Notes: generated by a model not told the origin, from the letters alone. A stretch of 64,000 nucleotides of DNA from Candidatus Latescibacterota bacterium (GCA_022706085.1 JAKJDF010000001.1:48394-112393); one strand, 5' to 3'; numbered from the stretch's first letter, positions 46,811 to 57,112 are shown. Numbers and translations: made by a program.

Positions 46811-48419
46811 GAATATTCTGACGCTGCTTTCCTTAACCGCGCTGTTTTTTTCAACGCGGATAACCGCTCTGACGCCGTGGGCCGGTGACGAGGAGGAACG
46901 GCAGGATATGGCACCGGTTTCTGAAGAACGGGACCGGACGGCTCAGCAGGGCGTTTCCCGCGCAGTTTCGGGAACTCCTCTGGACATGCGAGTAGATCGG
47001 GAGAAATACCGTCTCGATCCGGGGGATCGTGTCCTCGTGAGCCTCTGGGGAGCTACGAACAAGTCATTCGAACTGGTTGTCACACCGGAAGGCGACCTTC
47101 TGGTTCCCGCGGTAGGTCCCGTTGCGGTAGCGCGGCTTTCCCTCGCAGAGGCCGAGCGCACTCTCGCCCGGCAGGCTGCAAATGCGTACCGCAACACACG
47201 CATCACCCTGAGTCTGGTGGCGCTGCGCGAGTTCCGTGTCCACGTTGCGGGCACGGTGAAGAGACCGGGAACCTATCTCGGAACACCCGCGGACAGGGTC
47301 AGCTCCGTGATACGCCTCGCTGGAGGGTTCGCCGACAGCGCCTCCATGCGTCGCGTTCAGCTCCGCCGCGCGGGCTTGCCGCCGAGGCTGATTGACCTCC
47401 AGATGTTTTCTGTCACCGGCGATACGACGGATAACCCTTCCCTGGAAATGGGTGACGTAATCACCGTGCCTGTCCGCGGGGACTCGGTAAGTGTGTGGGG
47501 CGCAGTGCGCAAACCGGGAGGATACGAATACCGCCCGGGGGATACGGTTCTGCGTCTGATCAGGCTGGCAGGAGGCCTGCGAGATGATGCCCAGACCGCC
47601 GAAGTGGAATGGTCGAGCTTTCCGGTCGATTCCGCTCCCACGGTGGTGAACAAGGTGAGACTGGACCGTCTTTTTGCGGCCGGATCCGACACGGTGGTGC
47701 GTCCCGGCGACAGGTTGATGGTGTATCCCGTCGCGGAATGGCGACGCAGGCAGTCGGTAACGGTAGAAGGCGAAGTTCGCTTTCCCGGCGAGTACTCGAT
47801 TATCGAAGGAAAAACGAGGATTTCTGACGTTATTGCGCGCGCCGGTGGGCCCACCCGGAGTGCGTCCCTCGTCGGCTCCCGCATCCTGAGGCGACGCGTG
47901 CAGGCGGAACCGGACCAGGAGTTCCTCAGGTTGTCGAGGATGCCCGTGGCGGACATGAAGCGCGAGGAATACGCCTATTTCAAAGCCAGATCACGCGAGC
48001 TGCGCGGGTACCTTTCTATCGACGTCGGAACTGCTCTGGAAAGCCCCGGGGGCGTTGACGATGCGCCGCTGGTGGATGGCGACCTGATCGTGATTAACCG
48101 CGCGCGTGCCACCATCGAAGTCGCAGGGCAGGTCAGAAGGCCCGGGCTGATCGAGTTCGACGAAGGAAGGTCCACGCAGTTCTACATCGACCAGGCGGGC
48201 GGAGTGCTTTCAAATGCTCACAGGAGGGGCATTCGAGTCATCAAACAGGGCACCGGGCTCTGGGTCAAGCCATCCCAGGACCTGCGCCTGGAACCTGGAG
48301 ATACGATTTTCGTCCCGGAAAAAGAATCAATCGAGTGGTGGGAACTTTTCAAAGAGGGACTTCTCGTCGTGTCGCAGATTGCTACGACCGTGTTCATCAT
48401 CCAGAGCGTGGTCCATTGA
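46800..48419 (+). CDS. polysaccharide export protein (Wza-like: Poly_export plus SLBB repeats)
   Basis: ORF 46533..48419. Start ATG 46800 (or 46788) gives signal MNRRNILTLLSLTALFF. YRLDPGDRVLVSLWG...VTPEGDLLVPAVGPVAV motif. Repeated SLBB-like units (VTVEGEVRFPGEY, IEVAGQVRRPG). Confidence 0.8.
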   Translation: MNRRNILTLLSLTALFFSTRITALTPWAGDEEERQDMAPVSEERDRTAQQGVSRAVSGTPLDMRVDREKYRLDPGDRVLVSLWGATNKSFELVVTPEGDLLVPAVGPVAVARLSLAEAERTLARQAANAYRNTRITLSLVALREFRVHVAGTVKRPGTYLGTPADRVSSVIRLAGGFADSASMRRVQLRRAGLPPRLIDLQMFSVTGDTTDNPSLEMGDVITVPVRGDSVSVWGAVRKPGGYEYRPGDTVLRLIRLAGGLRDDAQTAEVEWSSFPVDSAPTVVNKVRLDRLFAAGSDTVVRPGDRLMVYPVAEWRRRQSVTVEGEVRFPGEYSIIEGKTRISDVIARAGGPTRSASLVGSRILRRRVQAEPDQEFLRLSRMPVADMKREEYAYFKARSRELRGYLSIDVGTALESPGGVDDAPLVDGDLIVINRARATIEVAGQVRRPGLIEFDEGRSTQFYIDQAGGVLSNAHRRGIRVIKQGTGLWVKPSQDLRLEPGDTIFVPEKESIEWWELFKEGLLVVSQIATTVFIIQSVVH

Positions 48420-49597
48420 TGGATACACACACGGAGAACAACCTGGCAGCAGAAGGCGGGAAAATGGCCTTTGCCTCGTTCCTTGCGCTTCTGTGGCGAG
48501 GCCGGCTGGTCATCGCGGGAACGTTTTCTGTCGTCATCGCTGTCGTGACGATCGCGGTTTTCGTGATGACACCATCGTTTACGGCGAAAGCGTCGTTCAT
48601 GCCGCCTCCGGACGACGCCGGCAGCGTGTCATCGTTCCTGCGCGATCCACTGAGCGCGGTTCTGAAGCGAGGTTCTGGCGGAGCCGTGCTGGATCGTCTG
48701 GCCAGTTTCCTGAACAGCCAGACCACCAGAAGGATCCTGGTAGAACGATTCGGCCTTCAGCCTCATTACAAGGCGCGAAACCTCTCCGAAGCGATGATCG
48801 CTCTGGAAAAGCAGACCAGGGTAGTCGTAACAACCGAAGGGACCATCGAGCTTGCCGTTACGGACCGCGACCCAAAACTGGCGGCGGCGCTTGCGAACTG
48901 CTATCTGGACGTTGTCGACAGTCTGTTTCGTGACGCGCAAACCAGCCACGCTCGCCAGATGCGCGAATTCCTGGAGCGCCGTCTCAACGAGAACCGGCGT
49001 GCACTTGCGGAAGCGGAGTCCACGGCAAAGGCATTCAGCCTCAGGTACGGCGTGGTAGCGTTGCCTGAACAGGTTGCCAGCCTGGTGGACCTGATGGCCA
49101 CCATCGAGGGCAAGATCATGGCGCTGGACGTGCAGATCGGCGCGGCACGGCAGGTGCTTGGTCCGGATCATTTCTCCCTCCGGGAGCTGACGAGTCAGAG
49201 GGAGCAACTCGCGGCGCAGAGGAAAGCCCTTATCGAGACGAAAGGGCGAGGGACTTCCGACCCGTTGTTCGCGTTTCGAGAAGTGCCGGAAAGGGCTCTT
49301 CAGTGGGCTCGTATCGAGCGGGAAATCAAGATACAGACCTTGATCCAGGAACTTGTCCTCCAGCAGTACGAGGTCGCAAAACTGGAGGAACAGAGGGACG
49401 TCTCGTCTCTCACGATTATTGATCGAGCCACCCCACCGGAAATCCGGTCATGGCCCCGCAGAGGGAGGATTATCGCGATTTCCGCCGCAATTGCGATCGT
49501 CTGGGGAATTCTGCTGGCGTATGCCCTTGAGGAGTACCCCCGGTTGCGCCGGCGCGTCCGGGAAATGAACGATCTCCGTTCCCGCTCCGACGCCTGA
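48419..49597 (+). CDS. polysaccharide chain-length determinant (Wzz/GumC-like), no kinase domain
   Basis: ORF 48335..49597. ATG 48419 overlaps the upstream stop. N-terminal TM (VIAGTFSVVIAVVTIAVFV), long coiled-coil region, C-terminal TM (IIAISAAIAIVWGILLAYAL). Confidence 0.7.
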   Translation: MDTHTENNLAAEGGKMAFASFLALLWRGRLVIAGTFSVVIAVVTIAVFVMTPSFTAKASFMPPPDDAGSVSSFLRDPLSAVLKRGSGGAVLDRLASFLNSQTTRRILVERFGLQPHYKARNLSEAMIALEKQTRVVVTTEGTIELAVTDRDPKLAAALANCYLDVVDSLFRDAQTSHARQMREFLERRLNENRRALAEAESTAKAFSLRYGVVALPEQVASLVDLMATIEGKIMALDVQIGAARQVLGPDHFSLRELTSQREQLAAQRKALIETKGRGTSDPLFAFREVPERALQWARIEREIKIQTLIQELVLQQYEVAKLEEQRDVSSLTIIDRATPPEIRSWPRRGRIIAISAAIAIVWGILLAYALEEYPRLRRRVREMNDLRSRSDA

Positions 49598-49613
49598 CGG
49601 AATCTATGCCGGC

Positions 49614-51044
49614 ATGAACACGCGGCGATTGACCGGAGAAGCGGCTGTCTACACCTTCGGGATTGTGCTGGACACGCTCGCTCCGTTCCTTGTCCTCCCC
49701 ATCCTTGGTCGGTACCTCACCCCCGGGCAGTTTGGACTTGCCGACGTCATTACGGCGACCGCGGGGTTGACCTACTTCGCGGTCGGGTTCAACCTCGACC
49801 AGGCGCTGACTCGGTACTACTACGATGAAGAGGATGCGCACCGCAGGCGACTAGTCACCACACACCTCGCGATAGTATCCGTATCCGGCACGGTGTTCCT
49901 CGTTCTGGGCGTCATGGGACTGCACGCATTCCGTGACGGTCTTCAGGATCTGCCGGCATGGCACTGGGCGTTGTTGAGTGTTCCCCTCATGGTGATGAGC
50001 GACCAGGCCGCCACACTGTTCCGCCTGCAACACCAGCCGTTCAAGCAACTCGGATTGTTGAGTGTGCGTGCGTTTGCTTGGGTCTTGTTCACTTTTTTTT
50101 TCCTTGTCTGGTGGCGTGCCGGGATTTCTTCCATTTTCATCGGAAGGGTCGCGGGGGCTGTTTTCGGGTTGGGTGCCAGCGGATACGCCCTTCGTAGTCT
50201 GTACGCGCTCCGCGGAAGCCTTCGCTTCGCCATCCGGGCGCTGAGGTTCTCGCTTCCCACACTTCCTGCGGCCTTCGCGAGCTGGGGCCTGGTAAACGCC
50301 GCCCGGTATTTCCTCGTAATCGGGGCATCTGCGGAAGAAACTGGGTACTACGGAGTCGGGGTACGCCTGACGTACATCGTTTCGACGATAGGTATCGGCG
50401 TTGTGATGGCATGGGGTCCCTTTTTCATGGGAATCAAACAAGAACCCGACGCGAGGGAAATCCAGGCGAGAGGGTTGTTGTACTTCATCGCCGCGAACGT
50501 GGTCTGCATCGTGCCGCTTCTGATGTTCGCACGCGAGGCAGTGCTTCTCCTCATGGGCAGCCAGTATCTTCCCGCAATCCGGCTGGTCGGCCCGATGCTG
50601 GCGGCAACCCTTTTCTCGAACCTGTCGCTGTTCCTGTTTGTCCAGATTTCCGTTTCTGAGCGCACCCACTGGCAATCGGTGAGCTACGCCATAGGCCTCG
50701 TGGTGATGGTGATCGCGAACGTGCTTCTTGTTCCCGCCATGAAAGGGATGGGCGCCGCCATTGCCATGCTGTGCGGGCACCTCGCCACCGCGGGAACCAT
50801 GTGGTTCGCAGGGCAGACCGTGTACACCGTGCCAGTGTCTGTCACCCGCGTGGGTATCCTCATTGTGGTCCTGACGGGGTGCCTGGTGTCTGCGCCGGCA
50901 ATGACGACATGGTTCGGCACAACCTTTCAGGGGATTTCGGTCAGGGCCCTCCTCACTGTGCTGTTGTGGTCGGCCTGTCTTGCCGCAGTGGGCCCAAGGG
51001 ACGTAGTGAGGTTCGCCCGAACGATGGTGGGAAAGAGAACATGA
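49614..51044 (+). CDS. oligosaccharide flippase (Wzx / MOP superfamily)
   Basis: About 12-14 hydrophobic helices, typical polysaccharide-biosynthesis-protein N-terminus. Position in the locus. Confidence 0.7.
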   Translation: MNTRRLTGEAAVYTFGIVLDTLAPFLVLPILGRYLTPGQFGLADVITATAGLTYFAVGFNLDQALTRYYYDEEDAHRRRLVTTHLAIVSVSGTVFLVLGVMGLHAFRDGLQDLPAWHWALLSVPLMVMSDQAATLFRLQHQPFKQLGLLSVRAFAWVLFTFFFLVWWRAGISSIFIGRVAGAVFGLGASGYALRSLYALRGSLRFAIRALRFSLPTLPAAFASWGLVNAARYFLVIGASAEETGYYGVGVRLTYIVSTIGIGVVMAWGPFFMGIKQEPDAREIQARGLLYFIAANVVCIVPLLMFAREAVLLLMGSQYLPAIRLVGPMLAATLFSNLSLFLFVQISVSERTHWQSVSYAIGLVVMVIANVLLVPAMKGMGAAIAMLCGHLATAGTMWFAGQTVYTVPVSVTRVGILIVVLTGCLVSAPAMTTWFGTTFQGISVRALLTVLLWSACLAAVGPRDVVRFARTMVGKRT

Positions 51045-52513
51045 ACGTTGCAGGCCGCTTTTCCGGAGGAGCGGACTTAGTCCACCAACTGGCAATCGCC
51101 GGTGCAACATCCGCCGTTCTCCTCGGCGCCGTGATCGTGTTGCCTCCGGAAGTATCCGCGTTTCTCTTCTACGTGTGTGCTGGCGCGATCGTTCTCTCCA
51201 TCTGGATTGTTCGTTCCGTTACCCGCGAAGACGGATCAGGATTACTCGTCGGAGCGCTCTGTGCTCTCATTCTGCGCGCCGCCCTGGCCTGGTGGGTGTT
51301 CGACCATCCGGAACGCTACTCTGACACCCGCCTCTACTGGACACTGGGGAACAGAATCGCCTCTCTGTGGGAACCTGGCCGCATCCTTCCCGTGGAAATG
51401 GTGAAGGCAACCGGGACAAGTTCCTGGGGGTTCTTTTTCTGGTCAGGCCTGCACATTTCCATCCTCCGGACGCCCCTCCTGCTTGTCGCCGCGAACGGGA
51501 TCGCCGGAACCGCGGTCGGAGTGATGGCTTACCACATTGGTCGTCATGTGTGGTCCCGGGAAGTTGGGCGGCGTGCAGCGTGGCTGGTCTGGCTATCAAC
51601 CTCCCAACTCATCGTCGACGCACATCTTCTCCGCGATTCGGGGGCAATCCTGTTTGGCACCGGCGTGGTGTACGGTTCATTGCTTCTGGCGGACCGCTTG
51701 AGCCTGCGCGGGTTGCTCTGGTACGGGATCAGCTTCTTCCTGCTGATGCAGATGCGCAGTTACATCGCGATGGTCGTGGCGCCAGCTTCGCTGCTCGGGG
51801 TCCTTATCGGTGCCCGGGGGCGAAGGGTCTCCCTTCTTCTGATCTACGTCGCGGCCGGGGCGGGCGCGGCCTTCTTCCTCGCCTCAACGGACTTTGTACG
51901 AATCCTTACCGCTCTCGGCAGGAAAAACGTCATCGCCGACATGCTCTACCTCACGCAGGTAGGGCTGAGCGGGATTCGTCCATCTGCGTCGTACTTCTCA
52001 GGGGTACACCTGTCGACGCCGGGCGAAATGGTAGCGTTTCTTCCGCTCGGAACCATGCGTGAGTTGCTGTCGCCACTCCCGTGGATGCCGATCGAGATGG
52101 ACAGGTGGTACATCCCTGAAGGCCTGCTCCGGTGGACGTTGATCCCGTTGTTTGTTCTCGGGGTCGCGGAAGCTTTCAGGAGAAACGGTCGCATTGTCGC
52201 AACAGTGGCCCTGGTGATGGCCGCGGAGATGGTGATCTACTCTATTATCGAACTCGGCGGAAACCCGAGGCACAACGCGCAGTTCTTCCCGTACGTGTAC
52301 ATCTTCGCGATGGTCGGGCTGTCGGTCGCGCGGGAGCACGCACGAGCACTCTGGTTCATGTACGGTGCGTTGAGTATCGGCATCTGGACGTTCGCGGTCA
52401 CAATCTCCTTCCTGCGGTTGATCTTTTTTCCTCTTGGCGCAGCGATTGCCATCTGGCTCAGCTTTGTGGTGTATTGCAACCGAAAGACTCTCTTTCAGGA
52501 GAGCGCGGAATGA
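51041..52513 (+). CDS. polytopic membrane protein, candidate polymerase (Wzy-like) or membrane glycosyltransferase
   Basis: ORF 50771..52513. ATG 51041 overlaps the wzx stop (ATGA). More than 10 hydrophobic segments. Function inferred from context only. Confidence 0.45.
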   Translation: MNVAGRFSGGADLVHQLAIAGATSAVLLGAVIVLPPEVSAFLFYVCAGAIVLSIWIVRSVTREDGSGLLVGALCALILRAALAWWVFDHPERYSDTRLYWTLGNRIASLWEPGRILPVEMVKATGTSSWGFFFWSGLHISILRTPLLLVAANGIAGTAVGVMAYHIGRHVWSREVGRRAAWLVWLSTSQLIVDAHLLRDSGAILFGTGVVYGSLLLADRLSLRGLLWYGISFFLLMQMRSYIAMVVAPASLLGVLIGARGRRVSLLLIYVAAGAGAAFFLASTDFVRILTALGRKNVIADMLYLTQVGLSGIRPSASYFSGVHLSTPGEMVAFLPLGTMRELLSPLPWMPIEMDRWYIPEGLLRWTLIPLFVLGVAEAFRRNGRIVATVALVMAAEMVIYSIIELGGNPRHNAQFFPYVYIFAMVGLSVAREHARALWFMYGALSIGIWTFAVTISFLRLIFFPLGAAIAIWLSFVVYCNRKTLFQESAE

Positions 52514-53658
52514 CCCGTCGAGTTTTGCATCTCCTTGGCAGCCTTGGCGCAGGCGGAGAAGAACGCCAGACGTTGACCCTTGTCAAGGGCTTGCGCGGGA
52601 GTCGGTGGGAGCCAATCGTGTGCGGCATGCGCGGAGGCGCGCTGGCGGAGGAGTTCGCGGAACACGCAAGAACGATCGTTCTGGAGAAGAGGCACAAAAT
52701 TGACCTTGCCGTGCTCGCGCGCATTCGGGCAATTATTGATGAATTTCGGCCAGCCGTGTTGCACTGCCACCTCTCCACCGCCAATACGTGGGGCAGAATC
52801 GCGGCGTTGGTGAAGCCAGACAAACGCCCGGCTGTCGTAGTCTCCGAAGGAGGCATTGAAACCTGGAAGACGGCGGTTCACCTCGCGATTGACAGGTTGC
52901 TTCTCGGCGTGACGGATGCGGTGGTCGGAAATGCACAAGCCATCGCACGGTACCTCATCGATAACGACCGGATCCCGGCACGTATCGTGCGCGTGATTCC
53001 GAACGGAATTGATCTGGCGCGTGTCCAGGCGAAACTCCACGCAACGGAAGAAGAACGCATCTCGCGAAGAAAGGAACTGGGCCTGACTTCGGATCATTTC
53101 GTTGTCGGTCATGTCGGCCGTTCGTGTGCCGTGAAAGGCCTTGACACGCTGGCCGCGGTGGTCGAGGAAATGGTTCGCCTGAACCCTGATTTCCGCCTTG
53201 TACGCGCCGGTCAGCCACCGCTGCCTGATGAAGTCGAACCCGCGGAAGCGTTCCGTCGTGACGTCGAGGCGCGAGGCGTCGCGGACTACGTGATCTGGCA
53301 TCCGTACACCCCCGACATCTCTTCCGTGCTCATGATCCTTGATGCCCTGGTTCAGACGTCGCTCAGCGAGGGTCTGCCCAATGCGATTCTCGAAGCGATG
53401 GCGATGGGCGTTCCCGTGGTGGCAACGGCTGCGGGCGGTACATCGGAAATCGTTCGGCACCGGCAGACGGGGTGGCTCACGGAAATCGGAGACACCAGAG
53501 GGCTTTCCGAGGGTCTCGCGCACGTACGGAATGATCCCGGGGAGAGCCGCTTGTGGGCGTCTCGAGCGCGAGCGATGGTGGAAAACGACTTTTCGCTCTC
53601 ACGTATGGTGGAGAATTTCTGCACGCTGTACGACCGCGTCGCCGGACTCCGCTCGTAA
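52510..53658 (+). CDS. glycosyltransferase family 4 (GT-B fold)
   Basis: ORF 52132..53658. ATG 52510 overlaps the upstream stop. GSLGAGGEERQ N-terminus and EGLPNAILEAMAMGVPVVATAAGGTSEIV (EX7E) motif. Confidence 0.85.
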   Translation: MTRRVLHLLGSLGAGGEERQTLTLVKGLRGSRWEPIVCGMRGGALAEEFAEHARTIVLEKRHKIDLAVLARIRAIIDEFRPAVLHCHLSTANTWGRIAALVKPDKRPAVVVSEGGIETWKTAVHLAIDRLLLGVTDAVVGNAQAIARYLIDNDRIPARIVRVIPNGIDLARVQAKLHATEEERISRRKELGLTSDHFVVGHVGRSCAVKGLDTLAAVVEEMVRLNPDFRLVRAGQPPLPDEVEPAEAFRRDVEARGVADYVIWHPYTPDISSVLMILDALVQTSLSEGLPNAILEAMAMGVPVVATAAGGTSEIVRHRQTGWLTEIGDTRGLSEGLAHVRNDPGESRLWASRARAMVENDFSLSRMVENFCTLYDRVAGLRS

Positions 53659-53802
53659 GCGCCACGTGCAACGCCGCGTGAATCCAGCGCATTCCCGTTG
53701 ACGGCGCATCGCCATGGAACGATCATTTTTACGGTGCGAACCCGCATCGGGCTTACTTCAGGCCAATACCCACCCGGCATCTTCACCAGTACGAGTTCCA
53801 CA

Positions 53803-54732
53803 ATGGGAAAAAGACCACTGGGATGGCGCATACGCGTTCCGGCTACGACGGCGAACCTCGGCCCGGGTTTTGATTGTTTCGGGCTCGCGCTTCAGAGGTA
53901 TCTGAGTCTTTCCGTCACGGTTCGTGGAGAAAAGGGCGCCTGGCACATCACGCTGCATGGCGAGGGGGCAGGTATTCTGCCTCGTGACCGCACGAACCTG
54001 ATATACCGTGCACTCATACTCGGGTCTGAGAGTGATGCGGAAGCACTTCCCGGAATCTCTATCCACATGGAAAACGACATTCCTCTCGCACGCGGTCAGG
54101 GTTCCAGCGCGGCGGCGATCGTGGCCGGAATGACGGCGGCGCAATTGTTGACCATGGGAGAGATCGATCCGGACCAGCTTATCAATCGAGCCACCCTTGT
54201 CGAGGGGCATTCAGATAATGTGGCGGCCGCTGTTAAAGGTGGGCTTGTCCTTACCAGGGAGAGCCTTTCAGGAGTTGCAATCCGTCCGATTCCCACGCGC
54301 GACGGCGCGTTATTCGTTTCGGCGGTACCGGAATTCGAGCTGACTACTCACACGTCGCGTTCGGTCCTTCCTCAGCAGGTACCCCTGGGAGATGCCGTTT
54401 TCAACCTGCGCGCCGCCGCCTGGATGGCTTCCGCTTGGGCAGCCGGGGATTGGGAGGCAGTCGGGAACGCGATGGAAGACAGATTGCACCAGCCGTATCG
54501 AGCGCCGCTGATCCCGGGGTTCGACGACGTATGCAGGGCGGCTCGAGCGGCTGGAGCGCTCGGTGCGTGCTTGTCCGGTTCGGGCCCGGCGATAGTCGCG
54601 CTGGCGCTCCATTCATCGGACGCTGTGGCCCGCGCCATGGAGCAGGCATGGGCGAAACATGGTATTACGAGCCGCGCGGAGGTGACCCACGTGGACACCG
54701 ACGGATTAACGGTCGCCCCGCTGGAAGCCTGA
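53803..54732 (+). CDS. thrB: homoserine kinase
   Basis: ORF 53698..54732, start ATG 53803. PATTANLGPGFDCFG and GHMP-kinase motif PLARGQGSSAAAIVAG. Confidence 0.85.
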   Translation: MGKRPLGWRIRVPATTANLGPGFDCFGLALQRYLSLSVTVRGEKGAWHITLHGEGAGILPRDRTNLIYRALILGSESDAEALPGISIHMENDIPLARGQGSSAAAIVAGMTAAQLLTMGEIDPDQLINRATLVEGHSDNVAAAVKGGLVLTRESLSGVAIRPIPTRDGALFVSAVPEFELTTHTSRSVLPQQVPLGDAVFNLRAAAWMASAWAAGDWEAVGNAMEDRLHQPYRAPLIPGFDDVCRAARAAGALGACLSGSGPAIVALALHSSDAVARAMEQAWAKHGITSRAEVTHVDTDGLTVAPLEA

Positions 54733-54744
54733 GGATTGCCGCAA

Positions 54745-54978
54745 ATGGGACGCAGAAAGGATTATCCGCCCCCGTCTTCGGTCGGGGACGAGAGAAAGTG
54801 GGCAAAAGGCGAGTGGTGGGAGTGGCTCGCCATATTCTTCTCGATCGCGGCGCTGTGGCCGGTAATCCTTCGGTGGGATGGCATCATTTGGGATCTTGCG
54901 CTCCTCGTCGCCCTCGTGCTGATGATCCTGGTCTTCTTCCGAAGGGCGCGCCGTATGAAACGGTCGTGGAAGCAATGA
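54745..54978 (+). CDS. small (77 aa) two-TM membrane protein, unknown function
   Basis: GAGGA RBS 9-10 nt upstream of ATG 54745. Two hydrophobic helices (WLAIFFSIAALWPVIL, LALLVALVLMILVFF), basic C-terminus. Confidence 0.5.
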   Translation: MGRRKDYPPPSSVGDERKWAKGEWWEWLAIFFSIAALWPVILRWDGIIWDLALLVALVLMILVFFRRARRMKRSWKQ

Positions 54979-54997
54979 ACGGCACGACACTCCTCGG

Positions 54998-57112
54998 ATG
55001 AACGGATCCAGTTTTCCCTCCGCCGGTTGGGAAATCACCTTCCGCGAGGGGTGGTGGTTGTGGAGCGCACTCGGTCTCGCGCTGATCCTGCTGGCTGCTT
55101 TTTCCTACCGGAGAACGATCCCATCCGTTCCGCGAAGGAGCAAGGCGCTCCTCTTTGGCCTGCGGCTGCTCGCGCTTTGTGCGTTCCTTCTCGCCCTTCT
55201 GAACCCGCGGCTGGAACGCCGGGGGACGGAGCCGCGCCCGCGGCGCATCGCCCTTCTGATCGACGAAAGCCGGAGTATCGCACACGCCGGGCAGGAATCG
55301 GCTGTGCGCTCAATCCTTGCCAGTGCACCGATGAAACGCGTGTCAGCTCTGGCGGACGTGGTCGCCTTCGGCTTTGCAGACACAGTCCGCGTCCTTGACG
55401 AAGTCACGTTGTCCTTCCGCGGGCCCGCGACGGAAATCGGTGAGGCAGTTCTGAGCCAGCGGCGTGTGTTCCCACCGCCCGACGCAATCATTCTCATTAC
55501 GGATGGATCCAACACCTCCGGGACGGAGCCCGTCCGTGCCGCACAGGAGGTTGCCCTGCCGACGTACGTCGTGGGGGTGGGCAATCCACACCCCCGACCC
55601 GATGCGCGCATCGTGGGTGTCGCTGCGCCCCCTTACGCGGTCGAGGGTGAACCGGTGTCCGTCACCGTTACATGGGAACATACGATTCCGGGCCTGCAAG
55701 CCTCCACCATGCGCCTTTTGCACCAGGGCAGGGAAATCACCCGGGCAATCGTTCTTCCTCAGGAAACAGGCGCAAAAGCAGACGTAGATTTGACCTTTAC
55801 GCCCTCAACGCGGGGGACGCAGACCTACACCGTGGAACTTGAGGGAGTCCGCGGCGAATCTCACACAGAAAACAACCGGCGCATGTTTTCGCTGGAAGTA
55901 GTCAAGGCGAAAAAGCGCGCTCTCATCATAGCGGGAGTTCCGAACGCCGATATCGGCTTCTGGAATCGTTTCTTCGGCGCACGCGAGGACTACGACCTTT
56001 CGATCTGGTATGCAACGCCTTTTCGTCGCGTCGCTGCACTCTCCCCGGACAGCGTCCTGGGGGCGGACCTCATTGTATGGCTCGACCCTGCCGCGAACAC
56101 ACTGCCTCCCGTCACTCAGGATGCGGTTGTGCGTGCAGTCGAAGAAGGCTGTGGACTTCTGTGTGTCCTCGGAACGAACAGCGTGTTGCCTCGCCTGCGC
56201 GAAATACTTCCTGTCGAGTGGACAGGTGCCAGATTCGAACCGGGGCAGTTCGAAGTCAGGCTTGCGGCTCCACTTTTCGCACACCCCATTTCAGGAATGG
56301 ACCCCGGGTTTGCGGAATGGTCTTCCTGGGAGTCGGTACCTCCTTTGCCTGGGTTGGTCTCCGGACTGAGGCCGCGCCAGGGCGCAACCGTTCTCGTCGC
56401 TTGTGACGCGGGTCCCGTTGCCGTGGCTGGACACGCCAAAAAGGGTCGTGTCCTCGTGTTCGGAGGGTCGGGTTATTCGCGCTGGGACATTCTGCCCCGG
56501 GGAATGGGGATCGAGAATCCGGCGGGAACGGCCTTCTGGAAGGCCGCGATCCGGTGGTTGGTCTCACGGGAAGCGTCACAGATGGTCCGGGTTCAGACAG
56601 GACGCCCGTTCCACCGCCTCGGTGAGCCGGTCCGCGTGGACGTGTTCGTCTCCGATGAGGCTTCAAAGCCCGTGGACAACGCATCAGTGATCGTGGCAAC
56701 TGACGGACCGGACAACTGGACGGGGTGCGCATCGCTCTCTGGCCCCGGCAGGTATACGGTCTGGATACGGGGACTGCTGACGGGAGCCCATACCCTTCGC
56801 GCAGAGGCATTTTCAGGAACCAGGTCTCTGGGAACCTCCGAAACCCGTGTGCTTGTCGACGCTTCAAGCGCGGAAGATGACATCGTGCAGATGCAGGCGG
56901 ACGTCCTGTCGCGGATCGCATCCGCGCATCCGGGATCGAGATTCGCCAACGCACGGGATGCGGAGCAACTCTTGGCATCAATCCCTCTGTCCCCCGTTTT
57001 TGAATACAGCGAACGCACCGTTTCGCTGGGCTCTGCCGGGTGGGTTCTATGTGGCATCATCCTCTTGTTGACCGCGGAATGGGGCTTGCGCCGTACGCAC
57101 GGGCTGCTCTGA
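54998..57112 (+). CDS. BatA-like double-TM N-terminus plus vWA domain (intact MIDAS) plus CARDB-like and GATase1-like domains, with C-terminal TM anchor
   Basis: N-terminal two helices (WLWSALGLALILLAAF, LLFGLRLLALCAFLLALL). MIDAS DESRS and ILITDGSNT. C-terminal helix GWVLCGIILLLTAEW. Confidence 0.65.
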   Translation: MNGSSFPSAGWEITFREGWWLWSALGLALILLAAFSYRRTIPSVPRRSKALLFGLRLLALCAFLLALLNPRLERRGTEPRPRRIALLIDESRSIAHAGQESAVRSILASAPMKRVSALADVVAFGFADTVRVLDEVTLSFRGPATEIGEAVLSQRRVFPPPDAIILITDGSNTSGTEPVRAAQEVALPTYVVGVGNPHPRPDARIVGVAAPPYAVEGEPVSVTVTWEHTIPGLQASTMRLLHQGREITRAIVLPQETGAKADVDLTFTPSTRGTQTYTVELEGVRGESHTENNRRMFSLEVVKAKKRALIIAGVPNADIGFWNRFFGAREDYDLSIWYATPFRRVAALSPDSVLGADLIVWLDPAANTLPPVTQDAVVRAVEEGCGLLCVLGTNSVLPRLREILPVEWTGARFEPGQFEVRLAAPLFAHPISGMDPGFAEWSSWESVPPLPGLVSGLRPRQGATVLVACDAGPVAVAGHAKKGRVLVFGGSGYSRWDILPRGMGIENPAGTAFWKAAIRWLVSREASQMVRVQTGRPFHRLGEPVRVDVFVSDEASKPVDNASVIVATDGPDNWTGCASLSGPGRYTVWIRGLLTGAHTLRAEAFSGTRSLGTSETRVLVDASSAEDDIVQMQADVLSRIASAHPGSRFANARDAEQLLASIPLSPVFEYSERTVSLGSAGWVLCGIILLLTAEWGLRRTHGLL

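Noticed and set aside
49851-51110. 419-aa minus-strand ORF antisense to the Wzx flippase gene
   Set aside because: Highly charged Arg/His/Glu-rich translation. The plus strand encodes a typical polytopic MOP-family protein.
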